This document shows, in pieces, positions 18,285-28,252 of a stretch of DNA of 64,000 bases (positions are counted from its first letter, which is position 1; each line of letters begins with the position of its first letter). The notes below the pieces were generated by a model. It had not been told where the DNA came from. It searched no databases and saw only the letters and a list, made by a program, of their open reading frames with translations. This stretch comes from Fibrobacteria bacterium (GTDB lineage: Bacteria > Fibrobacterota > Fibrobacteria > UBA11236 > JADFYW01). The position numbers were made by a program, and so were the translations under genes. The stretch spans positions 192,001 to 256,000 of the forward strand of contig JBNKOC010000012.1 of assembly GCA_050294405.1 (NCBI GenBank). Direction: 5' to 3'.

Positions 18285-19955
18285 TTAATATTCCAATAAG
18301 CTGCTTCCCGGCTTTTGGGATTCGTAGCTGAGCTTAACCCAGGAAGCGGATTTACCCACACTTAAAACCTGAATTTCATCAAGGGAACCGTAAAAAGATC
18401 GTCCGGCTACACCTCGGTTATTGCCAATTTCCACAGCTTGTCCGGTATTGTTAAGGCTATCTGTATAAGATTCTGAAATAGCCAGCTGGCCATCAATGTA
18501 TATCTCTCTTGCTTGCCCGTTATAGCTGGCCACCACAAAATGCCAGGCACCATCATTAACATCAATAGGAGCGATGGCAGCTGAGGTTTCCATTTGGGAA
18601 TTAGTGGTGTTAAACTCCAGGCTGGATGATTCCGCGTTTCGCTGGAGTTTCCAGGAAAGGTCTCCCTTGGTGATAATGGCCTGGCTGGGGCTGGTAAAGT
18701 CAGAGATTTTTACCCAGGCGCAAAGGGTCATTTGAGTGGCAAAATCATAAATGGATTCCAATTGAGGGGCTACTTCGATATATTGGTTGAGACTGTCCGC
18801 AAAAAATTGGCCATAGCCAAGAACGCCCTCTTGGGGGCCGCGGTTTAAACTTTGTCCCTGTAAATCCTCATTCATGCGAATGCCCTGGCCATGGGCCCCA
18901 TTTAAGCTGGCATCCAAGTATCCATTGGCGTTCATATTAGGGCTTTCGCCTAAGTGCCAAACAGAGCTATAGCCTTCATTAATGTCAAAAACTTCAAAGG
19001 AGTTGGATTCACTGATTACATTATTCATACCCCAGAAAAGCTGAATGTTTTGATCACCCCGGTTGCCATATACGGTATCCATTTTAACCCATATAACCGC
19101 CCCAGAATTTACGGGGTCCCAATTGTCAAGCTCATATGCTAAAGGTGTGCCATCGGATTTGGCAAGACGAATATCTGCTCCATCGCTAGCTGCCTCGCTA
19201 AAATTAAAATTGTTGTTATTCAAAACAATTGGAATGGGAATGTCATATACATCTTCTGCAATGGCCGCTCCTTCAACTGTAGTATTGAATTTTATATTTT
19301 TCTTAAAACTCCAGTTCACATAAGTTTGCGCCCAGGTAGTATCTTCAGGTATGACTTGTTTGTTTACGGAAATACTGGTTTGATTTTCAAAGTTACCTGC
19401 GGGCATAAAAACCACTTCGGGAATTAATCCTGCTGGCAGACCAGATAAAATGACCTCTCCCTGGCTATTGGGTTGAGAACTTACGGGAAATTGATAACTG
19501 GTTCCAGGAATGTATAGTATTCCTTCGCCCTGGGAATTGATGTTGTTATCCACAGATAAAATTAAAGTTCCCGCTTTTTCCAGAGCTTTTTCCCGGACAG
19601 ATAAGGGGTTTCCTGCCACTTCCACTTCCTGAATCAAAAGCCTGGTGCTATCTGTCTCATTAAAGGCCTCAATATTGTAAAAGCCCGGTTCCACTTCAAA
19701 AAAAGTATAGCGACCATTTTCATCCGTTGTGGAATAATGGCTTTCCGGAATAGGGGGATCGGTTATGGGGTTATATTGTTTCGGAATAAGGGTTACTTTT
19801 GTTTGTGAAGAGGGTTGTCCGCTAAGAGCTAAAATTTGTCCGCCCACCTCCGTATCTGAGCCGCCGCCGGCCACTTTATCCCCTTCAAAACAGCCTGTTA
19901 ATAATAACAGACTGAATAAGCCCAGCAGCATATATAATTTATTTGCGGGCTTCAT
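18285..19955 (-). CDS. Lipoprotein with carboxypeptidase-regulatory-like, DUF2341 and LamG domains
   Basis: Lipobox LLLTGC; TTDENGRYTF; DGADIRLAKSDGTPLAYEL..W (DUF2341); WHFVVASYNG...IYIDG...GSLDEI (LamG). Confidence 0.82.
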   Translation of the reverse strand: MKPANKLYMLLGLFSLLLLTGCFEGDKVAGGGSDTEVGGQILALSGQPSSQTKVTLIPKQYNPITDPPIPESHYSTTDENGRYTFFEVEPGFYNIEAFNETDSTRLLIQEVEVAGNPLSVREKALEKAGTLILSVDNNINSQGEGILYIPGTSYQFPVSSQPNSQGEVILSGLPAGLIPEVVFMPAGNFENQTSISVNKQVIPEDTTWAQTYVNWSFKKNIKFNTTVEGAAIAEDVYDIPIPIVLNNNNFNFSEAASDGADIRLAKSDGTPLAYELDNWDPVNSGAVIWVKMDTVYGNRGDQNIQLFWGMNNVISESNSFEVFDINEGYSSVWHLGESPNMNANGYLDASLNGAHGQGIRMNEDLQGQSLNRGPQEGVLGYGQFFADSLNQYIEVAPQLESIYDFATQMTLCAWVKISDFTSPSQAIITKGDLSWKLQRNAESSSLEFNTTNSQMETSAAIAPIDVNDGAWHFVVASYNGQAREIYIDGQLAISESYTDSLNNTGQAVEIGNNRGVAGRSFYGSLDEIQVLSVGKSASWVKLSYESQKPGSSLLEY

Positions 19956-20787
19956 CGTTTGAATCCTTTTTGTCTGACAAGGGAAATAGATTGAATGTGA
20001 ATTGAAATACCTGGTCTGGGTTTTCATCCAGGCGGGCAATTTCCAAAAGTTCTTTTCTAAACTCGCGGGTTTTTAAAATAAATAATTCAAAGGTTTTTCT
20101 GGAAATGCTGAAAGTGGTGCTGGCGCTCATTCTCTCTCTCCGGACCACATTAGTATAGGAGCCCAAAGCGAGATTTAACATTTCCTTTTGCAGGTTTTCG
20201 ATAATAAAGGCTTTTTCCGCTTCGGCTTTTACACTGATTAAATTTTCGGTTTGGTGATACAAGCCTTCTTCATCACGTTCGATAAACCCCAGTTTTTCTA
20301 AGAGCAATAGTGAGTCTTTAGCTTCTTTGGCAGTGATTTTAGGTCTTAAAAATTCGCCAAGCTTTTTAAAGTTGTTTTTAAAATCGTAAAAGGTGATTAT
20401 TTCCCGGATTACGGAATGATACCATTTGCTGTAATATTCAAACCGGTCTTTTCCCACAGTATGTATATCAATGGGGTTGCGCACTTCCACAATTTTGCTG
20501 TAGTATAGTGTTTTTTCAGCAATGGTTTTGGCCTGGTTGAAAAACACCAGGTTTTCAAAATACTCTGCCTCGTTGCGGGTAAACTCAATGGCATTGCATA
20601 TTTTAAGAATGCTTTTTTTGGTGAGATTCCTTTTGTTTTCTATGACGTAAAACAAAAAGGCGCTGGCGTTTATCCCTGCTTTTTGAGAAAAATAACGGTA
20701 AGAAAAATATTTTTTGTTTTTTTTCTCATTGTTGTAATAATCCCTCAGGAACTCTCTGTAATTTTGATATTCAAAAATATTAACCAT
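19939..20787 (-). CDS. TIGR02147 family protein (HTH-like plus DUF4423)
   Basis: IFEYQNYREFLRDYY, FSYRYFSQKAG, KRNLT, YFENLVFFNQAKT, WYHSVIRE, QFTFNLFPLS. Confidence 0.9.
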   Translation of the reverse strand: MVNIFEYQNYREFLRDYYNNEKKNKKYFSYRYFSQKAGINASAFLFYVIENKRNLTKKSILKICNAIEFTRNEAEYFENLVFFNQAKTIAEKTLYYSKIVEVRNPIDIHTVGKDRFEYYSKWYHSVIREIITFYDFKNNFKKLGEFLRPKITAKEAKDSLLLLEKLGFIERDEEGLYHQTENLISVKAEAEKAFIIENLQKEMLNLALGSYTNVVRRERMSASTTFSISRKTFELFILKTREFRKELLEIARLDENPDQVFQFTFNLFPLSDKKDSNDEARK

Positions 20788-21026
20788 GGGATTTATTGCT
20801 AAATTTGTGAACGTAATATAACTAAAAAAGTTAAATTTGGCTGGTATTGAAAAATATGGGTTTAAAATTGTGAACATTTGAGGCGGTTTTTAGCTTTTTT
20901 AGCTAAGCTTATCTTTGTATGGGAAACTCTGGGGCAGTAAAAAAAGAAAAGCTTTTTGTTAAAACTTGCACAAATATCATATTTTGATAAGAATCAATGG
21001 AGACATCTCTGGAAGGGAGCTGAATT

Positions 21027-22412
21027 TTGAATAAATCTACCGCTGAAAAAATCATTTCTCTGGGAAAAGAGAAAATGGCTGATTTTGTAGAAATCTTTGA
21101 AGAAGAAACCCGCAACGCCTCCGTGGTTTACAAGGATAAAAAAGTGGAATCAGCCACCGCGGGCACGGATTACGGAATCGGTATTCGCCTTATTTACGGG
21201 ACCAATGTGGTATACGGGTTTACCAGCAATGAGGAAGAAGAACACTTGCTTCAATTAGTTAGGAATCTTTCCCAATTGTCCGGGGTTCAGGCATCAGGAC
21301 AAAACCTAGATCCAATTAGCTTGCAGTTTCAGGAAGCCTCCAACAGCCACAAAATTAGTTTGAATCCAAGAGAGGTAGGTCAGGATAAAAAACTCCCTTT
21401 TTTAAAAATGGCAGATAAAGCAGCCAGAGAATACTCTTCCAAGGTGCACCAGGTTGCTATTACCGCCGCTGATATTAGCAGCCATGTTAACATCATTAAC
21501 AGTGAAGGGCTTTTTTTAAGCGACAATCGTATTCGGACTCGTTTTAGCATTAACGTGTCTGCTGCTCAAAATGGAGATATCTTTGTAGCCCGGGAAGCTC
21601 CAGGCGCCATGATGGGCTTTGAATTTGTGGAAAATCTGGATATCGAACAATATGCCAGGCAAGCTGCGGGAAGAGCTGTTTTAATGTTAGATGCCAAATA
21701 CATTGAAGGCAAAAAAATGCCTGTGGTTATGGGAAATGGATTTGGAGGGGTTATTTTTCATGAAGCATGCGGCCATCCCTTGGAAACGGAATCTATTCGT
21801 CGCAAAGCTTCTCCTTTTGCCGGAAAAATGGGCGAGCAAATTGCCCATAATAAAGTCACAGCGGTGGATGATGGAACCATACCCAACAAATGGGGATCTT
21901 TAAACGTGGATGATGAAGGCAACCCCACTCAAAAAACTGTGCTTATCGAAAAAGGAATTTTAAAAAATTATATGTCCGATAGGGTGGGCGCAAAAGAATT
22001 AGGCGTGCCTATTACCGGAAGCAGCCGGAGAGAAAGTTATAAATACGCCCCGGTGAGCCGCATGAGAAACACCTACATCGACAAAGGGGAAGATAAATTC
22101 GAAGATATGATTGGCAGTGTGGAATCGGGTTTGTACGCCAAGAAAATGGGTGGCGGTTCTGTAAACCCTGCCACCGGCGAGTTTAATTTCGCCGTGGAAG
22201 AAGGTTATATCATTAAAAATGGAAAAGTGGTTGAGCCGGTTCGGGGAGCGGCTCTTATTGGCAAAGGCCATGAAATTTTGCCACAAATTTCCATGGTTGG
22301 GGATGATTTGGAATTGGCTGCAGGTATGTGCGGGGCAAGTTCGGGCATGGTTCCCACCACCGTGGGCCAGCCCAGTTTAAAAGTGGACAATATTCTTGTG
22401 GGAGGGCGTTAA
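21027..22412 (+). CDS. tldD: TldD metalloprotease
   Basis: GVIFHEACGHPLE, DDEG, RMRNTYI, CG..SG.VP..VGQP. Confidence 0.92.
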   Translation: MNKSTAEKIISLGKEKMADFVEIFEEETRNASVVYKDKKVESATAGTDYGIGIRLIYGTNVVYGFTSNEEEEHLLQLVRNLSQLSGVQASGQNLDPISLQFQEASNSHKISLNPREVGQDKKLPFLKMADKAAREYSSKVHQVAITAADISSHVNIINSEGLFLSDNRIRTRFSINVSAAQNGDIFVAREAPGAMMGFEFVENLDIEQYARQAAGRAVLMLDAKYIEGKKMPVVMGNGFGGVIFHEACGHPLETESIRRKASPFAGKMGEQIAHNKVTAVDDGTIPNKWGSLNVDDEGNPTQKTVLIEKGILKNYMSDRVGAKELGVPITGSSRRESYKYAPVSRMRNTYIDKGEDKFEDMIGSVESGLYAKKMGGGSVNPATGEFNFAVEEGYIIKNGKVVEPVRGAALIGKGHEILPQISMVGDDLELAAGMCGASSGMVPTTVGQPSLKVDNILVGGR

Positions 22413-23746
22413 TGGAAACATCCAAAGCCCTTGATTACATTTGTTCCGAGGCGAAAAAACAAGGGGCAGATTCTTTTGATGTTATTGCTGGAGAATCGGA
22501 AAGTTCCGGTTTGGATCTTTATGAAGGCAAAGTGAAAAATTCGGAAATATCCAGCTCCAGGGGCATAGGTATTCGTTTGTTTGTGGACAATCGCCCCGGT
22601 TTTGCTTTTACCGAAAAATATTCCACAGAAGCATTGAGCCAAACAGTAAGCGATGCCATAGCCCATGCCAAACTCACAGACCCCGTTGAACTGGATATGC
22701 CCGAGCCAGCTGACATCGAAGAAAAAGATTTGAAACTTTGGAATCAAAGCGCCGAGTCTGTGGAGTTAAGCCAGCTTAAGGATTTGTGTCTGGAAATGGA
22801 ATCGCTGGCCCAACAAAAAGATAAGCGCGTAGAAAACATACCCTATTTAGGAGCAGGAAAATCTTCAGGTCGGACTGAAATCCGAAATTCCAATGGGGTG
22901 TCCTGTAGCGCCCGTGGCAATTCCCTATATGCGGGTATCGGGGTTTTGGCCCATCAAAACGGCCACAAAAAAATGGGATATTATTCCAACTCGTCGCGGG
23001 ATTTTAATTTTTTCAAATCCGACTACATGGCTAATTTAGCCGTAGAGCGTGCGGTAGAAATGCTGGGGGCCAAATCCATTCCAAGTGGAAAATACCCAGT
23101 GGTGTTATCCAAGCGCATTACCCCTCAGTTAATAGGCATGTATAGAGCCCCTTTTTACGGGGAAGCGGTGCAAAAAGGCCAGTCTCGCTTAAAGGGGAAA
23201 ATTGGGGAAAGCATTGCCGTTAAGGATTTTAGCATTTTATGCGACCCCCATGTGGAAGGTTTTCCAGGTTCCCGTTTATTTGACGGCGAAGGAATTCCCA
23301 GCCAAAAAATATCCGTAGTAGAAAATGGAGTGCTAAACGCCTTTTTATATAACCTGGAGTCCGCCAAAAAAGAAGGGGTGGCTCCCAGTGGACACGCTGT
23401 GCGAAGTTATAGTGGCGATGTGGGCACGGGTTTTAGCAACTTGTTTGTGCCTAAGGGAAAGCATAGTCTTAGTGAATTGTTGTCTGCCCACCCTAAATGT
23501 TTATATGTGACTCAGTTGGAAGGGGGTTCAGGTTGTTCTCCTATTTCCGGAGAAATATCCATTGGCGCTCAGGGATTCTGGGTGGAAAACGGCCAAAAGG
23601 TTCACCCGGTGGAGGGAGTAACCATTAGTTCCAATTATTTTGACTTGATTCAAAATATTGAAATGTTCGGTAATGAATATTCCGATATCTTATCTTCCAC
23701 TAAAGTTCCTGATATGCTCATTAAGTTCATGTATGTAGCCGGATAG
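22412..23746 (+). CDS. pmbA: PmbA/TldE partner subunit
   Basis: GIGIRLF, FDGEG, SGEISIGAQG; lacks HExxxH; TAATG overlap with tldD. Confidence 0.88.
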   Translation: METSKALDYICSEAKKQGADSFDVIAGESESSGLDLYEGKVKNSEISSSRGIGIRLFVDNRPGFAFTEKYSTEALSQTVSDAIAHAKLTDPVELDMPEPADIEEKDLKLWNQSAESVELSQLKDLCLEMESLAQQKDKRVENIPYLGAGKSSGRTEIRNSNGVSCSARGNSLYAGIGVLAHQNGHKKMGYYSNSSRDFNFFKSDYMANLAVERAVEMLGAKSIPSGKYPVVLSKRITPQLIGMYRAPFYGEAVQKGQSRLKGKIGESIAVKDFSILCDPHVEGFPGSRLFDGEGIPSQKISVVENGVLNAFLYNLESAKKEGVAPSGHAVRSYSGDVGTGFSNLFVPKGKHSLSELLSAHPKCLYVTQLEGGSGCSPISGEISIGAQGFWVENGQKVHPVEGVTISSNYFDLIQNIEMFGNEYSDILSSTKVPDMLIKFMYVAG

Positions 23747-23764
23747 TAGGGCCAGCAAAATTTC

Positions 23765-24709
23765 ATGACCTTTGCGGTAAAATTATCCCACTGTTCGTTT
23801 AAATACCCAAGCTCGCCCAGGCCCGTATTTGAAGGGCTTTCCCTGGAAATTCCCGAAGGAGAATCCTGGGGAATATTAGGCCCAAACGGTTCGGGAAAAA
23901 CCAGCCTTATCCGTTTAATATTGGGGTTAATACCGCCATTAAAGGGACAATGTTATTTATATGGAAATATCCCACAGAGAAAAAATTTATCGGAGGTGGG
24001 CGTTTTGGTGGAAAACCCCGGCGTTTATAAAAAATTAAACCCCCTCCAATACCTCCAATATTTTGCCAAGATATATAGGATAGAAAACATAACCTCCAGA
24101 TTGGAAAACCTAGCCCAAAAATTAAATCTGGATTTGCGCTCTCAAACCATGGGGAAAATGTCCTTGGGGCAAAAACAAAAAGTGCAGCTTATTCGATGTT
24201 TGTTGCATAGGCCTAAGCTTTTAATTTTAGATGAGCCTTTTAGCCATTTGGATCCCGAATCTCAAAAATTGTTAATGGACTTGATTCGCCAATATCTTTC
24301 AGAAGAAAAGGCCAGTTTGTTGCTGGCCACCCACCAACTCAACCTAGCCGAAAGCCTGATTTCACATGTGGCTTTTTTACACAGGGGCCAAATCCCCTTT
24401 TCTGGGTCGTTGGAAACACTAAAAGCCAAGTCAAATTTAGAGCAAAAGTTAAGGGTGAAGTTAAGCTCAGCTCTTCTGCCTGATATGGCCCGTTTGGAGA
24501 AACAGTTTTCTTTGGGAAAAACGGAAGAGGTTTCTTCTATTTCACAAAACGAAAAAATTTATGTATTCAGAGGGGCACAATTAAAAAGCCAAACTCCCCG
24601 GATAATAAAACAGTTGGTGGAGGAAGGATGCCATTTATACGAGGCTAAAACACTGGTTCCCGATTTGTATAGCTTATATCAATCACAATTACATGGGGAA
24701 AAATTTTAA
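23765..24709 (+). CDS. ABC transporter ATP-binding protein
   Basis: GPNGSGKT, MSLGQ, LILDEP, H-loop. Confidence 0.9.
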   Translation: MTFAVKLSHCSFKYPSSPRPVFEGLSLEIPEGESWGILGPNGSGKTSLIRLILGLIPPLKGQCYLYGNIPQRKNLSEVGVLVENPGVYKKLNPLQYLQYFAKIYRIENITSRLENLAQKLNLDLRSQTMGKMSLGQKQKVQLIRCLLHRPKLLILDEPFSHLDPESQKLLMDLIRQYLSEEKASLLLATHQLNLAESLISHVAFLHRGQIPFSGSLETLKAKSNLEQKLRVKLSSALLPDMARLEKQFSLGKTEEVSSISQNEKIYVFRGAQLKSQTPRIIKQLVEEGCHLYEAKTLVPDLYSLYQSQLHGEKF

Positions 24710-25398
24710 TGGCCGCAAAGTCAAGAGTTTTTACGGTGATGGCTCATGAAATTAAAATGGCATTAAAAGATCCCTTGTTTTTTATTCCCTATGTGCTGAT
24801 TCCGGCTATTACCATGGCGGGATTTTGGATGTATGTAAAAAATGGACCGATTCCCGCAGAGGAAATATACGCTTCCTATAAAATCATGATGTTAATTATT
24901 GGCACTCTGGCCTCCACCTTGTCCCTGGTGCTATGCGCCGACAGTTTTGCCGGGGAAAAAGAGCGCAATTCATTGGAAATACTTCTGTGCACCCCCCTGG
25001 GCTTAGGAGAACTTTTTTTGGGAAAACTTTTGGGTATTTTGCCTCTTCCCATTATAATTGGCTGGCTGACTCAACTTATTTTGACTTTGTTATGTTATCC
25101 TTTTTTACCGGAGCAAATGGATGTGAATTCGCTTTTTATCGCATTTTGCACCACGCCCCTATCTGCCGTTTTTTTATGTTCCCTATCCCTGTTTTTTTCG
25201 CTGCGCACCCAAACAGCCCGCAGCGCCGCCCAATTTTCTGGTCTTATGGCCATTATTTACCTTATTATTTTACAGGGCGCAGGTTTTTGGCTATATAGCT
25301 CCAAAGCTTTTTTATGCTGGTGGTGTATCGTACTTTTGACCTTGTCCCTTCTTGCATATGGATTCAGTTGGCGTAAATTTGAAAAAGTACTGTATTAA
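24709..25398 (+). CDS. ABC-2 type permease
   Basis: ADSFAGEKERNSLEILLCTPL...LFLGK; 6 TM. Confidence 0.85.
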   Translation: MAAKSRVFTVMAHEIKMALKDPLFFIPYVLIPAITMAGFWMYVKNGPIPAEEIYASYKIMMLIIGTLASTLSLVLCADSFAGEKERNSLEILLCTPLGLGELFLGKLLGILPLPIIIGWLTQLILTLLCYPFLPEQMDVNSLFIAFCTTPLSAVFLCSLSLFFSLRTQTARSAAQFSGLMAIIYLIILQGAGFWLYSSKAFLCWWCIVLLTLSLLAYGFSWRKFEKVLY

Positions 25399-25990
25399 AT
25401 TTTACAGGCAACCCAAAATAGGGCTATTAGTTATTGGGTTGTTTATGTTTGCGGCCTGCGGCAAAAAGAAGCAGGAGGAATTTCCCAAAATCCAAAAAAA
25501 GGAATTCCCGGCTATCGAAATGCGGGATTCAGTGGTTATTGACATGTATGAAGGTTCCCGAATTTCCTGGGTTTTAAAAACCGATTACATGAAAAAGGCC
25601 ATGAACAACAACATTCTTTTGGCCAAACCCATTAATATGGTACTTTTTGACAGCAGCGGTGGAGAAGCCGCCTGGATAACGGCTGACTCGGGAGCTGCCG
25701 ATGAGGACATGAGTTTTGTAAATATCTGGGGCCATGTTTATGCTAAGGCCCGGGATGGGGCCTCGGTTAAAACCGACAGTTTGGTGTGGGAAAAAAAGAC
25801 CAGCCAAATTACTACAGATGGAAAAGTTAAGGTGGTTTCCGAAGAAGGAGACACTTTAACGGGAATTGGATTTATATCCGATGACAAGTTGGAAAACTGG
25901 AAAATTCTGGCTAATGTGCGCACCGTAATTCCCAAATTAGAAGAGCGCATCGACAAGCAGGACGAAGAAGCTATAAAGGAAAAGGAATAA
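25379..25990 (+). CDS. lptC: LPS export protein LptC (lipoprotein-type)
   Basis: FAAC lipobox, ITADSG, TDSLVW, LTGIGF; upstream of lptA/lptB; start uncertain (25352-25379). Confidence 0.8.
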   Translation: MKKYCIKFYRQPKIGLLVIGLFMFAACGKKKQEEFPKIQKKEFPAIEMRDSVVIDMYEGSRISWVLKTDYMKKAMNNNILLAKPINMVLFDSSGGEAAWITADSGAADEDMSFVNIWGHVYAKARDGASVKTDSLVWEKKTSQITTDGKVKVVSEEGDTLTGIGFISDDKLENWKILANVRTVIPKLEERIDKQDEEAIKEKE

Positions 25991-27393
25991 TGCGCTTAGC
26001 TTCTTTTCTTATTATGGCAGTGGCGTTTTTTTTCTGGAACTGTCCCAGACCCGCTATGAAACCTTCCGTAGCGGAGGACGCTGGAAAAATAGGGAAGGGG
26101 GGTACCCTATCTGAAAACGGGGATTCCAGTCAGACAAAAGTGAACGAGTCTTTAGATTCTTTGGGAAAGATAAAAACAGGAGACAGCGTTAATTTGGCAT
26201 CAGGCGATACCCCGCCTAAAAAAATCGATGGCAAGCAAATGGATAGTTTGATTATCGATAACTTTGAAAAGAAAAACAAAGCCTCCGATACATTGGAAAT
26301 AAAAGCCGAAAAAAGGTACGACCCCGCCCCTCTTATCTGCGAGGCCAATCCGGGAACTATGGGGGGCTCTGGCAAACGGGGGGTGTATGAATTAAGCGGT
26401 GATGTTATTTGCTGGTACAAGGATTTGGTCTTTAAAACCAGCCGGGCTATTTGGGACAGGAATTCCAACCGGGTAAATTGCGAAGGGGGAATGGAAGTGG
26501 AGGCCAATGGCTTAATACTCACTTCCGAGCGGGGAGGGTATAACAAAGGCGAATCCCAAATATGGGCAAGGCAAAACGCCCAGGTGGTAGATACATCGGG
26601 GGAATATTCATTTTCGGCAGACTATATTAACTATGACATTGAAAAACATTTGCTCAATTTGAATCGCAAAGCTGTGCTTCGAAAATTTTTTCCGGATGAA
26701 AAAGACAAAAAAAACAAGCAGGGTAAAAACAAAAAAGCCAAAATGGACACCTTAAAAATCGAAGCCAATAAAATTGAATACAACGATTCGCTAAAATGGG
26801 CTATTGCTGAGAGGCGTGTGAAAATTACCCGGGGCCATTTGCTGGTGACCTGCGATTCGGCGCATTTCCAGGAAGATTCTGAGGTTATAGATTTTAGAAA
26901 AAATCCCAAAGCCAACTTCAAACACAACCAGATGTATGGGGATTCCATGAGTTTAAAACTCAAAGGGGAGGAGTTGGAAAGCATGTCTTTTGTGGGAAAC
27001 GCCAAGGGGGACTTTTACGAAAAAGAAGACAGCCTTAAGGGCAGTGAAGAATACCATTTGGTGGGCGACTCAATGTTTATGAAAACTGAAAAAGAGTCCC
27101 TGGAGTTTTTAGAAGTGGTCCAAAACGCCAAAGCTAATTTTATTGAGAAAAAATTTCCCGATAAAGTAAACGAAATGGAAGGCCGCTACCTCAAACTATC
27201 CTTCGACAAGGATAAATTGGACAGTGCTTTTATTTTCGGGGCGGCAAAAACACTGTATTACATTTACGAAAAGGATGTGTATAAGGGGAAAAATGTGGCC
27301 GATGGAGATAGCATTCGCCTTGGTTTTGATAAGGGAAAAGTGAGCGATATTTTTATTTCCGGCCGGGCCCGGGGCTCCTTTTTCGGAGAGTAG
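25990..27393 (+). CDS. OstA/LptA-like multi-beta-jellyroll protein
   Basis: Repeated GDS/GDV beta motifs; FFWNC lipobox; between lptC and lptB. Confidence 0.7.
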   Translation: MRLASFLIMAVAFFFWNCPRPAMKPSVAEDAGKIGKGGTLSENGDSSQTKVNESLDSLGKIKTGDSVNLASGDTPPKKIDGKQMDSLIIDNFEKKNKASDTLEIKAEKRYDPAPLICEANPGTMGGSGKRGVYELSGDVICWYKDLVFKTSRAIWDRNSNRVNCEGGMEVEANGLILTSERGGYNKGESQIWARQNAQVVDTSGEYSFSADYINYDIEKHLLNLNRKAVLRKFFPDEKDKKNKQGKNKKAKMDTLKIEANKIEYNDSLKWAIAERRVKITRGHLLVTCDSAHFQEDSEVIDFRKNPKANFKHNQMYGDSMSLKLKGEELESMSFVGNAKGDFYEKEDSLKGSEEYHLVGDSMFMKTEKESLEFLEVVQNAKANFIEKKFPDKVNEMEGRYLKLSFDKDKLDSAFIFGAAKTLYYIYEKDVYKGKNVADGDSIRLGFDKGKVSDIFISGRARGSFFGE

Positions 27394-27487
27394 GATATTT
27401 ATTGGGATTTCTGGGCTATGGGTTTTGGGATTGCCAGGGCAATAACTATTATGGTAATTCTTAAAAAGAAATGGGTGTTAGCCGTTA

Positions 27488-28228
27488 ATGTCAGAAACTG
27501 AAATCAAACTGGAAGCCAAGGACTTGGTAAAAATTTACCGGGGCCGGCGCGTGGTGGATGGAGTTAGTTTCCACATTAAAAAAGGGGAAATCGTGGGGCT
27601 GTTGGGGCCCAATGGCGCAGGCAAAACCACCAGTTTTAATATGATAGTGGGCATGATAAAACCCTATAAGGGAGCCGTGCTTTTAAACAACAATCCCATT
27701 ACTAAAATGGCTATGCATAAGCGGGCCCGCATGGGCATTGGCTATTTACCCCAGGAGCCTTCCATTTTCAGGAAGATGACTGTGGAAAAAAATATAATGG
27801 CCATTTTGGAAACCCGTTCTATGAGTGGGGAGCAGCGCAGAAGTCGCATGGAAAATTTATTGGAAGAGTTTAAAATCACCCATTTACGCAAAAATAAGGC
27901 GTTTTCTTTGAGTGGGGGGGAACGCCGCCGGCTTGAAATAGCCCGGGCTATGACAATAGATCCACATTTTTTATTATTAGACGAGCCTTTTGCGGGAATC
28001 GACCCAATTGCGGTAGAGGAAATTCAATCCATGATAGCCGTTTTAAAATCAAAAGGCGTGGGTATATTAATAACGGATCACAATGTAAGGGAAACGCTTT
28101 CCATTACAGATAGGTCTTACATAATGTTTCAAGGTAAAGTGTTAGTAGAAGGGACGGCAGAGCATTTGGTAAAGGACCCCGAGGCCCGGGAAAAATATCT
28201 GGGCAAATCCTTTTCTCTTAATAAATAA
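27488..28228 (+). CDS. lptB: LPS export ABC ATPase LptB
   Basis: GPNGAGKTT, YLPQEPSIFR, LSGGERRR, DEPFAGIDP, TDHNVRET. Confidence 0.96.
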   Translation: MSETEIKLEAKDLVKIYRGRRVVDGVSFHIKKGEIVGLLGPNGAGKTTSFNMIVGMIKPYKGAVLLNNNPITKMAMHKRARMGIGYLPQEPSIFRKMTVEKNIMAILETRSMSGEQRRSRMENLLEEFKITHLRKNKAFSLSGGERRRLEIARAMTIDPHFLLLDEPFAGIDPIAVEEIQSMIAVLKSKGVGILITDHNVRETLSITDRSYIMFQGKVLVEGTAEHLVKDPEAREKYLGKSFSLNK

Positions 28229-28252
28229 AAAAATGTTTTTGCCAGAGGATAC

